Positions 35,597 through 45,065 of a DNA stretch of 63,145 nt are shown here, one piece after another. The notes beneath the pieces were generated by a model. The model saw nothing but the letters and a program-made list of their open reading frames with translations. It ran no database searches and was not told the DNA's origin. The first letter of the stretch is position 1. Each line of letters opens with the position of its first letter. The translations under genes and the position numbers were made by a program. The DNA is from SAR202 cluster bacterium (GTDB lineage: Bacteria > Chloroflexota > Dehalococcoidia > Lucifugimonadales > UBA826), in NCBI GenBank assembly GCA_008373095.1, contig RQOP01000005.1, positions 1 to 63,145 on the forward strand, in the 5' to 3' direction.

Positions 35597-36354
35597 AAGT
35601 GAATCCAATTAAGTTAACTACTAAATACATTTTCGTATTTCTGATAGTTATTGGTTTAAGTTCCATATTTATCAAAACTGCATCGGCGCACATACCTTTC
35701 ATATCGAACGATAACCACAACAGTGCTCAAAGTCCCTTAGTTGTTTATGACATAGCTGTATCAAAGGTTATCTATCAAAAATTGACCGATGATTCACCAG
35801 AATCATGGATATCTTTCAAAGCCGATCAAGGCGAAGTTCTGTATTTCAATTTAGGAGTACCTCTTTTGGAAGAACTAAAAGATTTCAGACCCTCCATAGG
35901 ACTTCTAACCCCATCATCTCAAACGCTTTCTGTAAATTCCTTAAAAGAATCCGAGGTATTTCCGACACTTGATATTACCGACCCAAAAACCTTTTATGAA
36001 CCCTTCACAAAGACGAATTCTTGGACCTTTACGGAACACAAATTCGATATTCCAACAACTGGCAACTATTCCCTAGTCACCTACTCTCCCAAAAAACAAG
36101 TGGGAAAAGTCTGGGTTTCTATTGGTAAAGAAGAAAGATTTGGCCCTAGTGACTGGATCACTATCCCAGCCAAGATACCGGAAATCCGTAAATTCCATTC
36201 CTCAAACATAAAACCGTCAATAGATGAATCCCAAAATAGCAACGGCACAAGCTATTGGGTGTTCTTAACTGGTGGAATAGGCATATTTTGCCTAATGCTA
36301 TTTTTAATAAGAAGGTTTTTCATCAAGACTTTTCGTACCTTAAAGAAAAGTTAA
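35593..36354 (+). CDS. Exported hypothetical protein with C-terminal TM anchor
   Basis: Signal peptide ending ASA-HIP; FYEPFT motif; C-terminal TM. Confidence 0.75.
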   Translation: MKVNPIKLTTKYIFVFLIVIGLSSIFIKTASAHIPFISNDNHNSAQSPLVVYDIAVSKVIYQKLTDDSPESWISFKADQGEVLYFNLGVPLLEELKDFRPSIGLLTPSSQTLSVNSLKESEVFPTLDITDPKTFYEPFTKTNSWTFTEHKFDIPTTGNYSLVTYSPKKQVGKVWVSIGKEERFGPSDWITIPAKIPEIRKFHSSNIKPSIDESQNSNGTSYWVFLTGGIGIFCLMLFLIRRFFIKTFRTLKKS

Positions 36355-36494
36355 CCTTCACAGAATTTTTCTGAGCTACATACCTCCCCTTACTTGGCAA
36401 GCTTTTTCTATGAAAGCAGGCGAATATAAATTTCCCGATATTGCTCTTTAATACATGTACTGCTCGATTTTATTTGCTTTAGTACATTTTTTTG

Positions 36495-36524
36495 TTGACA
36501 AACGTGAACACAGGCTGATAATAT
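36495..36524 (+). promoter_or_regulatory. Strong sigma70-type promoter
   Basis: TTGACA, 18 nt, TAATAT with TGn extension; followed by palindrome TGTGTT-TC-AACACA (36524-36537). Confidence 0.65.
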
Positions 36525-36560
36525 GTGTTTCAACACAAATTAAATAAAGGAATGTGCTTT

Positions 36561-36713
36561 ATGAAACACTTAACAGATTGTAATCGCTGCGGTGGAAATC
36601 TGGTTCTTCTTCAAGATTATGAAGGGTTCTATATCCAATGCATTCTGTGCGGAAGAATAGCAAAAAAAAGAAGCACTTCTTACAAGAGCAAAGGAGGCGT
36701 ACGAGCTGCATAA
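36561..36713 (+). CDS. Small zinc-ribbon protein (50 aa)
   Basis: AAAGGA RBS; CNRCGG...CILCG. Confidence 0.7.
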   Translation: MKHLTDCNRCGGNLVLLQDYEGFYIQCILCGRIAKKRSTSYKSKGGVRAA

Positions 36714-36757
36714 TTTTTTATTTCGATCAATTTATCAAATTTACAAAAGGACAAGAT

Positions 36758-36979
36758 ATGAACAACAAAAACGAATCTAATTTAGGTGCATGGATAGATA
36801 TGGCAGAAGGCTTGTACGACTTTCTTAACCGCCGGAAAACAACTATCAACTACGACTTTAAGCAACTTTCCGTTTCTGTACCTCAAGGCACCGGCCCAGG
36901 ATCTGAAAAAGCGGAGTGGATGGTCTCCGGCATGATAAGTGTAAGCACAACAGAGAATGACGAAAATCAGACAGAATAG
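36758..36979 (+). CDS. Small conserved hypothetical protein (73 aa)
   Basis: AAGGA RBS; LYDFL.RRKTTINYDF..L.V.VP.GTGP..AEW.VSG pattern. Confidence 0.7.
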   Translation: MNNKNESNLGAWIDMAEGLYDFLNRRKTTINYDFKQLSVSVPQGTGPGSEKAEWMVSGMISVSTTENDENQTE

Positions 36980-36994
36980 GCGGTATTTAAAGTC

Positions 36995-37330
36995 ATGTGG
37001 TTTGATCTCAAAGGAAACTTAGAAGTCAGTGCTGGAGAATATATATTTGAAATTACCTGCGACCGTAGAGAAATTTATTTTAGGCTACCAAGTGAATTCA
37101 AGCCGAATTCAGTCGCAAATTTAAGTTGGGCCTCTTACAAGAATTTCATCAGGGAGGCAGCTGACAATTTCGCCAAACATAAACTCACTATCTATGTGTA
37201 CCAAGATGAAGACCTTCTAGTTGTTATTGGAGATAAAGCAAAATCATCATTCCTGCAGTCAATATTCGCAGGCACTAACGTGGAAATTAAAGAGAAGAGA
37301 AAAATAATTAAATTAATGAAGGATATGTAA
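36995..37330 (+). CDS. Hypothetical protein (111 aa)
   Basis: Co-directional, tightly packed ORF; its stop abuts the next start. Confidence 0.7.
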   Translation: MWFDLKGNLEVSAGEYIFEITCDRREIYFRLPSEFKPNSVANLSWASYKNFIREAADNFAKHKLTIYVYQDEDLLVVIGDKAKSSFLQSIFAGTNVEIKEKRKIIKLMKDM

Positions 37331-38434
37331 ATGAAATTCGAGTGGGGAATATTACAAAACGAAATAGATGATGGCCATGGAGGCGTGGCCTCTTTACTTA
37401 AGCGAATGGATTCCTCACTCAAGGGAGAAGGACTTCCACTCGAAGGGTTTGAGTTTCTCAATTCAGCCCAGGAAATGCTGCGTATCACTAGAGAAATTGA
37501 AGATGCGGCCCTTATGGCGGGCCCAGACTCCACGGTTTTCGTAGGTTTTCAAAATATAGATAAACTTCAGAATGAGTACGATAGATATCGAGATCTGATT
37601 TCCAATGGAGTTACTATTCACGCATTTGGTACAGGGGATTCAGATTCATGGGCTATGGATGCCTGTACGTCCTGGAATCCTTTGTCCAAATCAACCTCCA
37701 AGGTGGAAAACCAGTGGATGCTGGTTGCAAAAGACCCAACCCCAATAGCGTTTATAGGATGGGAAGTTTCAAGGGGAATATTTGGGGAAGGTAAATTATC
37801 AGACCCGGGCAAGCTATTTGAAGGCTTTGCCTCCTCTGATTCAAGAATAGTAGATAGTTTAATTCAGCATTTAGAAGCAACAAGAATCGAAAATTCCCAA
37901 AAAAATGACTCATCCTCAAAAAACCTCAAAGAGAAGACATCTCCCTACAGCAAAATAATGCTGGTTACTGAGGATAAATCAAATACAAGCGATGGAGGGA
38001 AAATACTCGGCTATGAAGACTCTCTGGTCAACTTTTGCCAGGAAAATGGAGCTGAAGCAATACTCTATGATATTTCAGCATGCTCTTACTTCGTTAAACC
38101 CGTTCCCGCTGAATCGGATAATTTATTGAAAAATGTAATTGACACGGAAACAGTAGAGAACCTAGGCCGGCTTAACCTCGCTGCACAAGGGAGAGTTTTT
38201 GAAAATGCCGGTTTGAAAACTTCTTATTTGTTACCGGAAAAAAATGGGTTTAAACATTTGATTGAAAGAGCTACCCAAGAAAAAATAGATCTTATAATCC
38301 TTGACGACTACTATAGTTCACCTAGACTGATGGATCGAATAGCGGGTAATTCCCTATCCAATATAGATCAGAGCGCTACTGTTGAGGTTATGCTTTATAA
38401 GGAATTGCAATCGCAGTCAATATCAGTAGCATGA
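37331..38434 (+). CDS. DICT sensory domain fused to USP-like C-terminal domain
   Basis: ITREIEDAA..VFVGFQNIDKL..EYDRY..L..GVTIHAFG..ENQWMLV..IAFIGWE (DICT pattern); C-terminal LIERATQEKIDLIIL (USP-like). Confidence 0.7.
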   Translation: MKFEWGILQNEIDDGHGGVASLLKRMDSSLKGEGLPLEGFEFLNSAQEMLRITREIEDAALMAGPDSTVFVGFQNIDKLQNEYDRYRDLISNGVTIHAFGTGDSDSWAMDACTSWNPLSKSTSKVENQWMLVAKDPTPIAFIGWEVSRGIFGEGKLSDPGKLFEGFASSDSRIVDSLIQHLEATRIENSQKNDSSSKNLKEKTSPYSKIMLVTEDKSNTSDGGKILGYEDSLVNFCQENGAEAILYDISACSYFVKPVPAESDNLLKNVIDTETVENLGRLNLAAQGRVFENAGLKTSYLLPEKNGFKHLIERATQEKIDLIILDDYYSSPRLMDRIAGNSLSNIDQSATVEVMLYKELQSQSISVA

Positions 38435-38454
38435 AAATATAGACACGTCTTCCT

Positions 38455-39888
38455 ATGAATATATTAATCGCAGGTGCCAGCGGATATGTAGGCACACTAC
38501 TAATAAAAAAGCTGTCAAATGAAAATCACAACATCTCATGTGTTTCTAGAAATCCTGAGATGATTGAGAGCAGGTTTCCTCAGTTGAACTTGAAAACTCA
38601 CAAAGGAGACCTGCTTTCTCTGAAAGAAAATCATAAAGCTTTCGATAACATCGATGTCGCCTACTATCTTGTACATTCTCTTAGTGCCGGTAAGGACTTC
38701 CCTCTCCAGGAACTTAAATGTGCAGAAAACTTTATCAAAGCAGCAAAAGCGGCCGGAATACCCAAAGTCATCTATCTAGGAGGATTGGCTAACGAGCAAT
38801 CTCAACTTTCCAGGCATTTAAAGAGCAGGCTTGAAGTGGGAGCAATGCTTAGATCCACAGAAGTAGTGTGTGTTGAACTTCAAGCTTCGGTGATAATCGG
38901 TTCTGGCAGTCTCTCATACGAAATAATGAAAAATTTAGTAGAAAGACTTCCAATTATGCTAACTCCTAAATGGGTCTCATCTCTGTCTCAGCCCATTTGG
39001 ATCGAAGATGCCCTTGAATATCTCACACAGTCAGCCACAGTGGAATTCAAAAGGAGTACTGTAATTCAAATAGGAGGACCAAACCAGGTTACTTACAAAC
39101 AATTAATGCAGATATATGCAAATCTGAGAAACCTAAAAAGAATCATGATATCCGTACCTGTGTTAACTCCAAACCTATCAAGCAAATGGCTAGGTTTAGT
39201 TACTCCAGTCTATGCAAGGGTCGGTAAAAAACTAATCGAAAGCTTGAAGAATGACAGCATAGTCACTAAACCAGTCGACAGAGATTTATTTAGCATAATT
39301 CCTTCTAGCATTGAGACTGCCATCGCAAACACTATGAAAGTCGAACAAGATGGCCCCAGTGAATCACGTTGGTACAATTCAGTTTCATCCTCCACTAAAG
39401 TAATAGATAAAGAAGATGACACGTCATATAGATACTTGTTAAGAGATGTAAGGGAAATTATAGTGGCCGTAGGACCCATGGAGGCCTTTAAACCAATAAA
39501 CCAAATCGGTGGCTCCAATGGATGGTACTATGCGAATTTTTTATGGAAAATAAGAGGGTGGATTGATTTACTAGCAGGGGGGGTTGGTATACGTCGAACA
39601 AGAGTAAATCAACACACCTATGTTATTGGCGATACCCTCGACTGGTGGAGAATTTCTGACCACATACCAAATGAACTCGTAATTCTAGATGCAGAAATGA
39701 AACTTCCTGGAAAAGCATGGCTCAAATTCGAAATCGTTCCATCCCAAAAAGGGAGCTTGATAAGGCAGACTGCGGGAATGGAAACAAATAACTTAATGGG
39801 CCTTTTATACTGGTACGGACTATTCCCACTGCATTCCATCATATTCAGAGGAATGCTCAACGCAATCGGGAAAAGAGCCTCAGCTTAG
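38455..39888 (+). CDS. NAD(P)-binding SDR/epimerase with DUF2867 (YbjT-like)
   Basis: AGASGYVG, YYLVHS, IYLGGL, HLKSRLEVG, IIGSGS.SYE, GG.NGWYY..LWKIRG..D..GG, AEMKLPG.AWL. Confidence 0.9.
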   Translation: MNILIAGASGYVGTLLIKKLSNENHNISCVSRNPEMIESRFPQLNLKTHKGDLLSLKENHKAFDNIDVAYYLVHSLSAGKDFPLQELKCAENFIKAAKAAGIPKVIYLGGLANEQSQLSRHLKSRLEVGAMLRSTEVVCVELQASVIIGSGSLSYEIMKNLVERLPIMLTPKWVSSLSQPIWIEDALEYLTQSATVEFKRSTVIQIGGPNQVTYKQLMQIYANLRNLKRIMISVPVLTPNLSSKWLGLVTPVYARVGKKLIESLKNDSIVTKPVDRDLFSIIPSSIETAIANTMKVEQDGPSESRWYNSVSSSTKVIDKEDDTSYRYLLRDVREIIVAVGPMEAFKPINQIGGSNGWYYANFLWKIRGWIDLLAGGVGIRRTRVNQHTYVIGDTLDWWRISDHIPNELVILDAEMKLPGKAWLKFEIVPSQKGSLIRQTAGMETNNLMGLLYWYGLFPLHSIIFRGMLNAIGKRASA

Positions 39889-39973
39889 GAAAAATTATTC
39901 ATGAAGGATTTTGATTATTTCGAAGATATAAACGACCTTCACAATAATGGGTTCCTATAAATCTGATGATGTC

Positions 39974-40378
39974 TTAGCTCAGTACGTCCTCTAAATCCCG
40001 CAACCTCAAACCTGTTGCTCGATAGAAACCTTTCTTCAAGTTTTCTCTGGCATGAGCAGAAGTGAGTGTTCTAATAGGGCCCGAAATTCTGACACAGGAT
40101 GCGTACGGTTGAACAGTCCCAGATCCTTTCTCAGGAACACTGGATAGCAGGGCCCTGTTCTTGATTCTGTACTTTACTTTAAATAGAGTCTTATCAAGGG
40201 ACCTAACCACTTCTTCCCTGTATTCTGGCCTAGGAATGGTAGCCAATGTCTTAATGGGCAAATAATGGGTCTTACCACACATTAGACATATAATTTCTTC
40301 CGAACGAGGTATCATCCGACCGCCACAATGAGCACAGTCAGCAGGATGTGAATTCGATTCAATATTTTCTTCTATCAA
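39974..40378 (-). CDS. Hypothetical protein with N-terminal zinc ribbon
   Basis: CAHCGG...CLMCG followed by a basic domain. Confidence 0.7.
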   Translation of the reverse strand: MIEENIESNSHPADCAHCGGRMIPRSEEIICLMCGKTHYLPIKTLATIPRPEYREEVVRSLDKTLFKVKYRIKNRALLSSVPEKGSGTVQPYASCVRISGPIRTLTSAHARENLKKGFYRATGLRLRDLEDVLS

Positions 40379-40523
40379 GGCAACTTCTCTATTGTTAAGA
40401 TATTTTAACTTTCGGTCAGATATGAATATATGTCAAATATGTTGTATTAAAATACAATTCAGCTTAATTTAGACACGTATTGAAAAACTGTCTCAACTCA
40501 TAAATGGGAGAGGTTGAAGATAA

Positions 40524-41588
40524 TTAACCAATTGCCTTTTTTACGGCTGAGAGTATTTCCTTAGGAACACGCTCAATGTAAGAGCTACTGCCTGAATCTG
40601 GTGTGGGAGGATTAGGGATGGGCTGTAACACGACATATTCAAAATCGATCTTTAATTCGTGGCATCCCTTTAATATTGAAACTATTTGATCGGTGATCTG
40701 AGATGCATTTCCTCTCAGACAAAAGTTATCAGCATGCTTTTCATCTAGAAAATCAACAACTTCCCCACTTTGGGTCAAGTCTGGGGCATGATGAAAATCG
40801 GGCCAAACTTTACCTTGTTTTTTAAGTAGTTCCGGATCTGGCCCATTCCATTCAAACCCAATATTGTTAAACAACATAGGGGAGTATTCATAATAACCCG
40901 CTGCCATAGATTTTCCCATCAAAAGTGACGCTTTATCATCTTCAAAAAATACGGTGTGAAATACTGCCCCAATCTTCACAGATTCCTCTCCCCTACCAGC
41001 CTTTATGGCTCCAGATCTTATCTTTTGCACCGACAATTCAATGTTTTTTAGGTTAGTCCCAACCCGTATAAAAACTCCATCAGCACAAGAACCTGCCATT
41101 TCCAAAGTCTTTGGGCCACCTGCAGCAAGCCATATTGGAACTTTTTGAGGGAATGGCAAAACTGCTGGTTGAATTGCTCCTACCTCTACAGGCATACCAC
41201 TCAACAAACCTTTCATCATGTGTACGCTGGATTCCAGCTCCTTTATTCGGGCTGGACGCAATCCGGCCAGCCTAACTGCAGTATCTCCAATTCCCATAGA
41301 TAGAATAGTCCTGTCCGGAGCCAGTTCAGCAACTGTCGCAATACTGGAAGCAGTTACCGAAGGATGCCGAGTCATTGGATTAGCCAGCAACGTACCTATC
41401 GTTATTTCAGATGTCATTTGCGCTGCCGCCGCTAACAGTACATAGGTATCGCGCCGGCGCAATTGGGAATCTGGAAGAAAAGCGCAGTCCCAACCTACAT
41501 CCTCTGCCCTCATAACATCCTTGGCAAAAGCAGATACGGAGCTTGTGTCATTTCTATTTAAACCAAATTTAGGAATGTGTATCCCCAT
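40524..41588 (-). CDS. LLM oxidoreductase, Mer-like (probably F420-dependent)
   Basis: FLPDSQ, ANPMTRHPSVTASSIATVAEL, GIGD, IWLAAGGPKTLEMAG..ADGV. Confidence 0.88.
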   Translation of the reverse strand: MGIHIPKFGLNRNDTSSVSAFAKDVMRAEDVGWDCAFLPDSQLRRRDTYVLLAAAAQMTSEITIGTLLANPMTRHPSVTASSIATVAELAPDRTILSMGIGDTAVRLAGLRPARIKELESSVHMMKGLLSGMPVEVGAIQPAVLPFPQKVPIWLAAGGPKTLEMAGSCADGVFIRVGTNLKNIELSVQKIRSGAIKAGRGEESVKIGAVFHTVFFEDDKASLLMGKSMAAGYYEYSPMLFNNIGFEWNGPDPELLKKQGKVWPDFHHAPDLTQSGEVVDFLDEKHADNFCLRGNASQITDQIVSILKGCHELKIDFEYVVLQPIPNPPTPDSGSSSYIERVPKEILSAVKKAIG

Positions 41589-41713
41589 TATTTCCCCCTC
41601 GGAATTTAAGCCTTACTCAGATTATAATGTCTGAAAATTAAATTACGTAAAATTCAGCATATGTCAGCAAAATTACGATACCTGACATTATCATGAGGGG
41701 TTGATTAAAAAAC

Positions 41714-42931
41714 GTGGCAAATTCTGATTTAGCCTTAACCGGTATAAAAGTTTTAGATATCAGCAGAGGGTTTTCGGGAGGGTATTGCACCAAGATATTG
41801 AGGGATCTAGGCGCAGAAGTTATCAAAGTAGAGATACCAAATTCTGGAGATACCTGTAGAACATTTGGACCTTTTCTTAATGATATACCTGACATAGAAA
41901 CGAGTGCGCCCTACCTATACCTTAATGCTGGGAAAAAAAGCATCACCCTTGACGTCACAAACCCTCAGGCTCGGGATACATTTCTGGCTTTGTGCAAAGG
42001 GTCAGATATTATCGTGGAAAATTTCAAGCCAGGATTTATGTCTCAAATTAATCTGGGATATGATGTTATCTCAGCCATTAATTCAAAAATAATACTGTGC
42101 TCACTGACTTATTTCGGGCAATTTGGACCTTACAGTCAATTCGAGGGTTCAGATATAGTCTCTTACGCAATGAGCGGGTATATGCATTTAACTGGTGACG
42201 AAGATAAAGAGCCCTTAAAGGCAGGAGGCCGGCAAGCAGAATATCAGTGTGGCCTCGCTGGTGCCATGTCCGTGCTGGCTGCGATTTTGACCAGAGCTTT
42301 GACCGGACTTGGTGATCACATTGACGTTTCAGCAACTGAGGCATTAACCAGCACTTTTGACGGAGTTGCGTACTTCCAAACATACGACCAAACGGGCTCT
42401 AATCCAATGAGGGCTGGAACCAGGCTCATAGCACGAGAACCGACGGGCGCTTACCCCTCGACACTCCTACCGTGTAAAGACGGGTGGGTGCATGTTCACT
42501 ATTCACCAAGCAATCCTGAAGGCATAGGTTTTCTTACAGGGAACGACCGACTCGCTGATGACGATGTGATGGCTCGAATGAGAGAACACGCCGACGAAAT
42601 TGATGAACTCCTAATCGAATGGCTCCGCGGTCACACAAGAGAAGAAGTCCAAACATTAGCACAGGAAGTACGAGTACCTTTCACCATGGTGCAATCGGTG
42701 GAAGAAACTCTATCAGATGAACAAAACCAACATCGAAACTTTTTCGTACCTATCGAACACGAAATAGCAGGTCAAATGACCTATCCCACATCTCCTTTCA
42801 GACTAAAGACTGCCGAATGGCAAGCTTTACCTGCGCCAATTCTCGGTCAAAACAATCACGAAATTTACGTTGAACAACTTCAATTGGATCCTGAAGAAAT
42901 CTCCAGAATGAAAAAAGGGGGGATTGTATAA
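41714..42931 (+). CDS. Class III CoA-transferase (CaiB/BaiF), catalytic Asp replaced by Glu
   Basis: LGAEVIKVE, LNAGKKSITL, ENFKPG; QAEY at the catalytic-Asp position. Confidence 0.92.
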   Translation: MANSDLALTGIKVLDISRGFSGGYCTKILRDLGAEVIKVEIPNSGDTCRTFGPFLNDIPDIETSAPYLYLNAGKKSITLDVTNPQARDTFLALCKGSDIIVENFKPGFMSQINLGYDVISAINSKIILCSLTYFGQFGPYSQFEGSDIVSYAMSGYMHLTGDEDKEPLKAGGRQAEYQCGLAGAMSVLAAILTRALTGLGDHIDVSATEALTSTFDGVAYFQTYDQTGSNPMRAGTRLIAREPTGAYPSTLLPCKDGWVHVHYSPSNPEGIGFLTGNDRLADDDVMARMREHADEIDELLIEWLRGHTREEVQTLAQEVRVPFTMVQSVEETLSDEQNQHRNFFVPIEHEIAGQMTYPTSPFRLKTAEWQALPAPILGQNNHEIYVEQLQLDPEEISRMKKGGIV

Positions 42932-44179
42932 ATGAGCACATCGACTCCTCTAACGAACATCAGAATAGCCGATCTTACCAACGTAATTGCCGGCCCTGTC
43001 GCCACCCGCGTATTAGGTCATTTGGGAGCAGAAATCATTAAAGTAGAACTACCTTGGGGAAGAGCCATAGGTAATATTGCAATGCATGGAGATAATGGAG
43101 ACTCCAGAGCTTACAACAAAGTAAAAACATTTAATGAGGTAAACCGAGCCAAAAAAAGCATAGCCATAGATCTTACTCATGAGACAGGCAAAAACCTGTT
43201 CAAAGAAATAGTAAGTGTGAGCGACATAGTAATCCAAAATTACAGCCCTCGAGTAATGGGGAATCTTGGACTTGCATATGAAAACCTCAGAAAAGTGAAA
43301 CCAGATATCATTATGGTGTCCATGCCAGCATTGGGATTGGAAGGTCCTTGGAGCAATTACATTTCATTTGGACCTGGTACTGATGCTTTGGGAGGCCTTT
43401 CATCGGTTACTGGCTATAAGAATGGGAGACCCCATAAACCCGGAAATTTTTACGCTGACCACAATTCAGGATTTCATGTCGCCACTGGGATCATGGCATC
43501 ACTTTTTCGCAAGTACCAAACCGGTGAAGGACAGCATTTAGAGATTGTGTTAAGAGAAGCCACAATGTCAGTGATCGGGGAGTATTTCATAGAATATCAA
43601 TTTCGGGGAAAAGAACCTGAAAGGCTAGGCAATGACCATCCAGTTTTTTTCCCTCATGGAATATTTGCATGTAAAGGGTCTGACAGTTGGATTGCGATAT
43701 CAATTGAATCAGAAAAGGAATGGCATTCGCTGTGCGAATTAATCGGAGCTACCGATTTAAAAAACGACTCGAGCCTAGTAAAAGTTGATTCAAGAAGGCT
43801 GATCAGTCAGAAAATAGAAGCCCAGATTACTAAATGGACAATGCAAAGAGACAATAAACAAGTGATGCACCTTATGCAAAACCAGGGTATACGCGCTGGA
43901 ATAGTAGCAAAAGCTTCCGATCTTCTTTCAGATGAACATGTTGCTGAAAGGGAATATTTGGATACAGTGGAACATCCTGATGCTGGAACTTACACAAGTC
44001 CCGGTTTGCCTTTCAAATTCTCGAGAGCCTCCACTAATCTTGGTGTAACGGCACCTATGTTTTCAGAGCACAGCCTGCATTTATTATCTGAATTACTTGC
44101 AAAGGACACAGAAACCATAAAATCACTAGTAGACCTTGGAACAACTCCACTTGAACCGATTGATAGGGTTTACACCTAG
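42932..44179 (+). CDS. Class III CoA-transferase, catalytic Asp present
   Basis: LGAEIIKVE, NRAKKS, QNYSP; FYADH. Confidence 0.93.
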   Translation: MSTSTPLTNIRIADLTNVIAGPVATRVLGHLGAEIIKVELPWGRAIGNIAMHGDNGDSRAYNKVKTFNEVNRAKKSIAIDLTHETGKNLFKEIVSVSDIVIQNYSPRVMGNLGLAYENLRKVKPDIIMVSMPALGLEGPWSNYISFGPGTDALGGLSSVTGYKNGRPHKPGNFYADHNSGFHVATGIMASLFRKYQTGEGQHLEIVLREATMSVIGEYFIEYQFRGKEPERLGNDHPVFFPHGIFACKGSDSWIAISIESEKEWHSLCELIGATDLKNDSSLVKVDSRRLISQKIEAQITKWTMQRDNKQVMHLMQNQGIRAGIVAKASDLLSDEHVAEREYLDTVEHPDAGTYTSPGLPFKFSRASTNLGVTAPMFSEHSLHLLSELLAKDTETIKSLVDLGTTPLEPIDRVYT

Positions 44180-44266
44180 ATTCGTAGGAATACCGACCGA
44201 GAAGCAGCCAAAATAGATACAATCGTTCATACTAGCTAAATCTCATCCAAAAAAGGGTCACACACT

Positions 44267-45040
44267 ATGTCTTTGATATTCGAGAAAAAAAACAAAATTG
44301 CCTATTTGACTATTAACAGACCAGAAGTCATGAATGCCATGGACCCAGAAACATATAGCCAACTCTCTGAAGCATGGATTGAAATCAGGGATGATCCAAA
44401 CATATGGTGCGCCATAATTACTGGTGCTGGAGATAAAGCATTCTCAGCTGGAGCTGATTTAAAAAAAACTATCCCAAGGGAACCTGAAAAATGGGAATTA
44501 TGGCAGACTCAAGACGAGCTGATACTCAATAGAGGTTTAGAAGTCTGGAAACCGGTTATAGCTGCTGTAAACGGATACTGCCTTGCAGGAGGCATGACAC
44601 TTTTGATGGCCACTGACATAAGAATCGCAACAGAAAATGCTTCATTTGGTCTCTCTGAGGTAAAAAGGGGAATTCTTCCGGGCAATGGAGGCACTCAAAG
44701 GACTGTAAGGCAACTTCCTTACCCGGTAGCAATGTGGCTCTTGTTAAGCGGAGAGCGATTGTCAGCACAAGAAGCCCTAGAATATGGGTTGATTAACGAA
44801 ATAGTGCCCTCATCCGAGCTCATGAGTGAAGCTGAAAAAAGAGCATCTGTAATATGCGAGAATGGGCCTTTGGCAGTCAGAGCAATAAAAGAACTCGCTG
44901 TTAAAAGCCAATATATGCAGCTGGAACAAGGGCTCCGCATGGAGGTCATGATGCAATCTCTTTTGAAAACCACGGAAGATGCTAAAGAAGGGCCAAAGGC
45001 TTTCGCAGAAAAAAGGAAGCCGTTATTTAAAGGGAAATAA
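44267..45040 (+). CDS. Enoyl-CoA hydratase/isomerase
   Basis: AFSAGADL, AVNGYCLAGG, EVKRGILPG.GGTQR. Confidence 0.95.
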   Translation: MSLIFEKKNKIAYLTINRPEVMNAMDPETYSQLSEAWIEIRDDPNIWCAIITGAGDKAFSAGADLKKTIPREPEKWELWQTQDELILNRGLEVWKPVIAAVNGYCLAGGMTLLMATDIRIATENASFGLSEVKRGILPGNGGTQRTVRQLPYPVAMWLLLSGERLSAQEALEYGLINEIVPSSELMSEAEKRASVICENGPLAVRAIKELAVKSQYMQLEQGLRMEVMMQSLLKTTEDAKEGPKAFAEKRKPLFKGK

Positions 45041-45065
45041 AAATACGTGAGGTAATAACCCAAAC

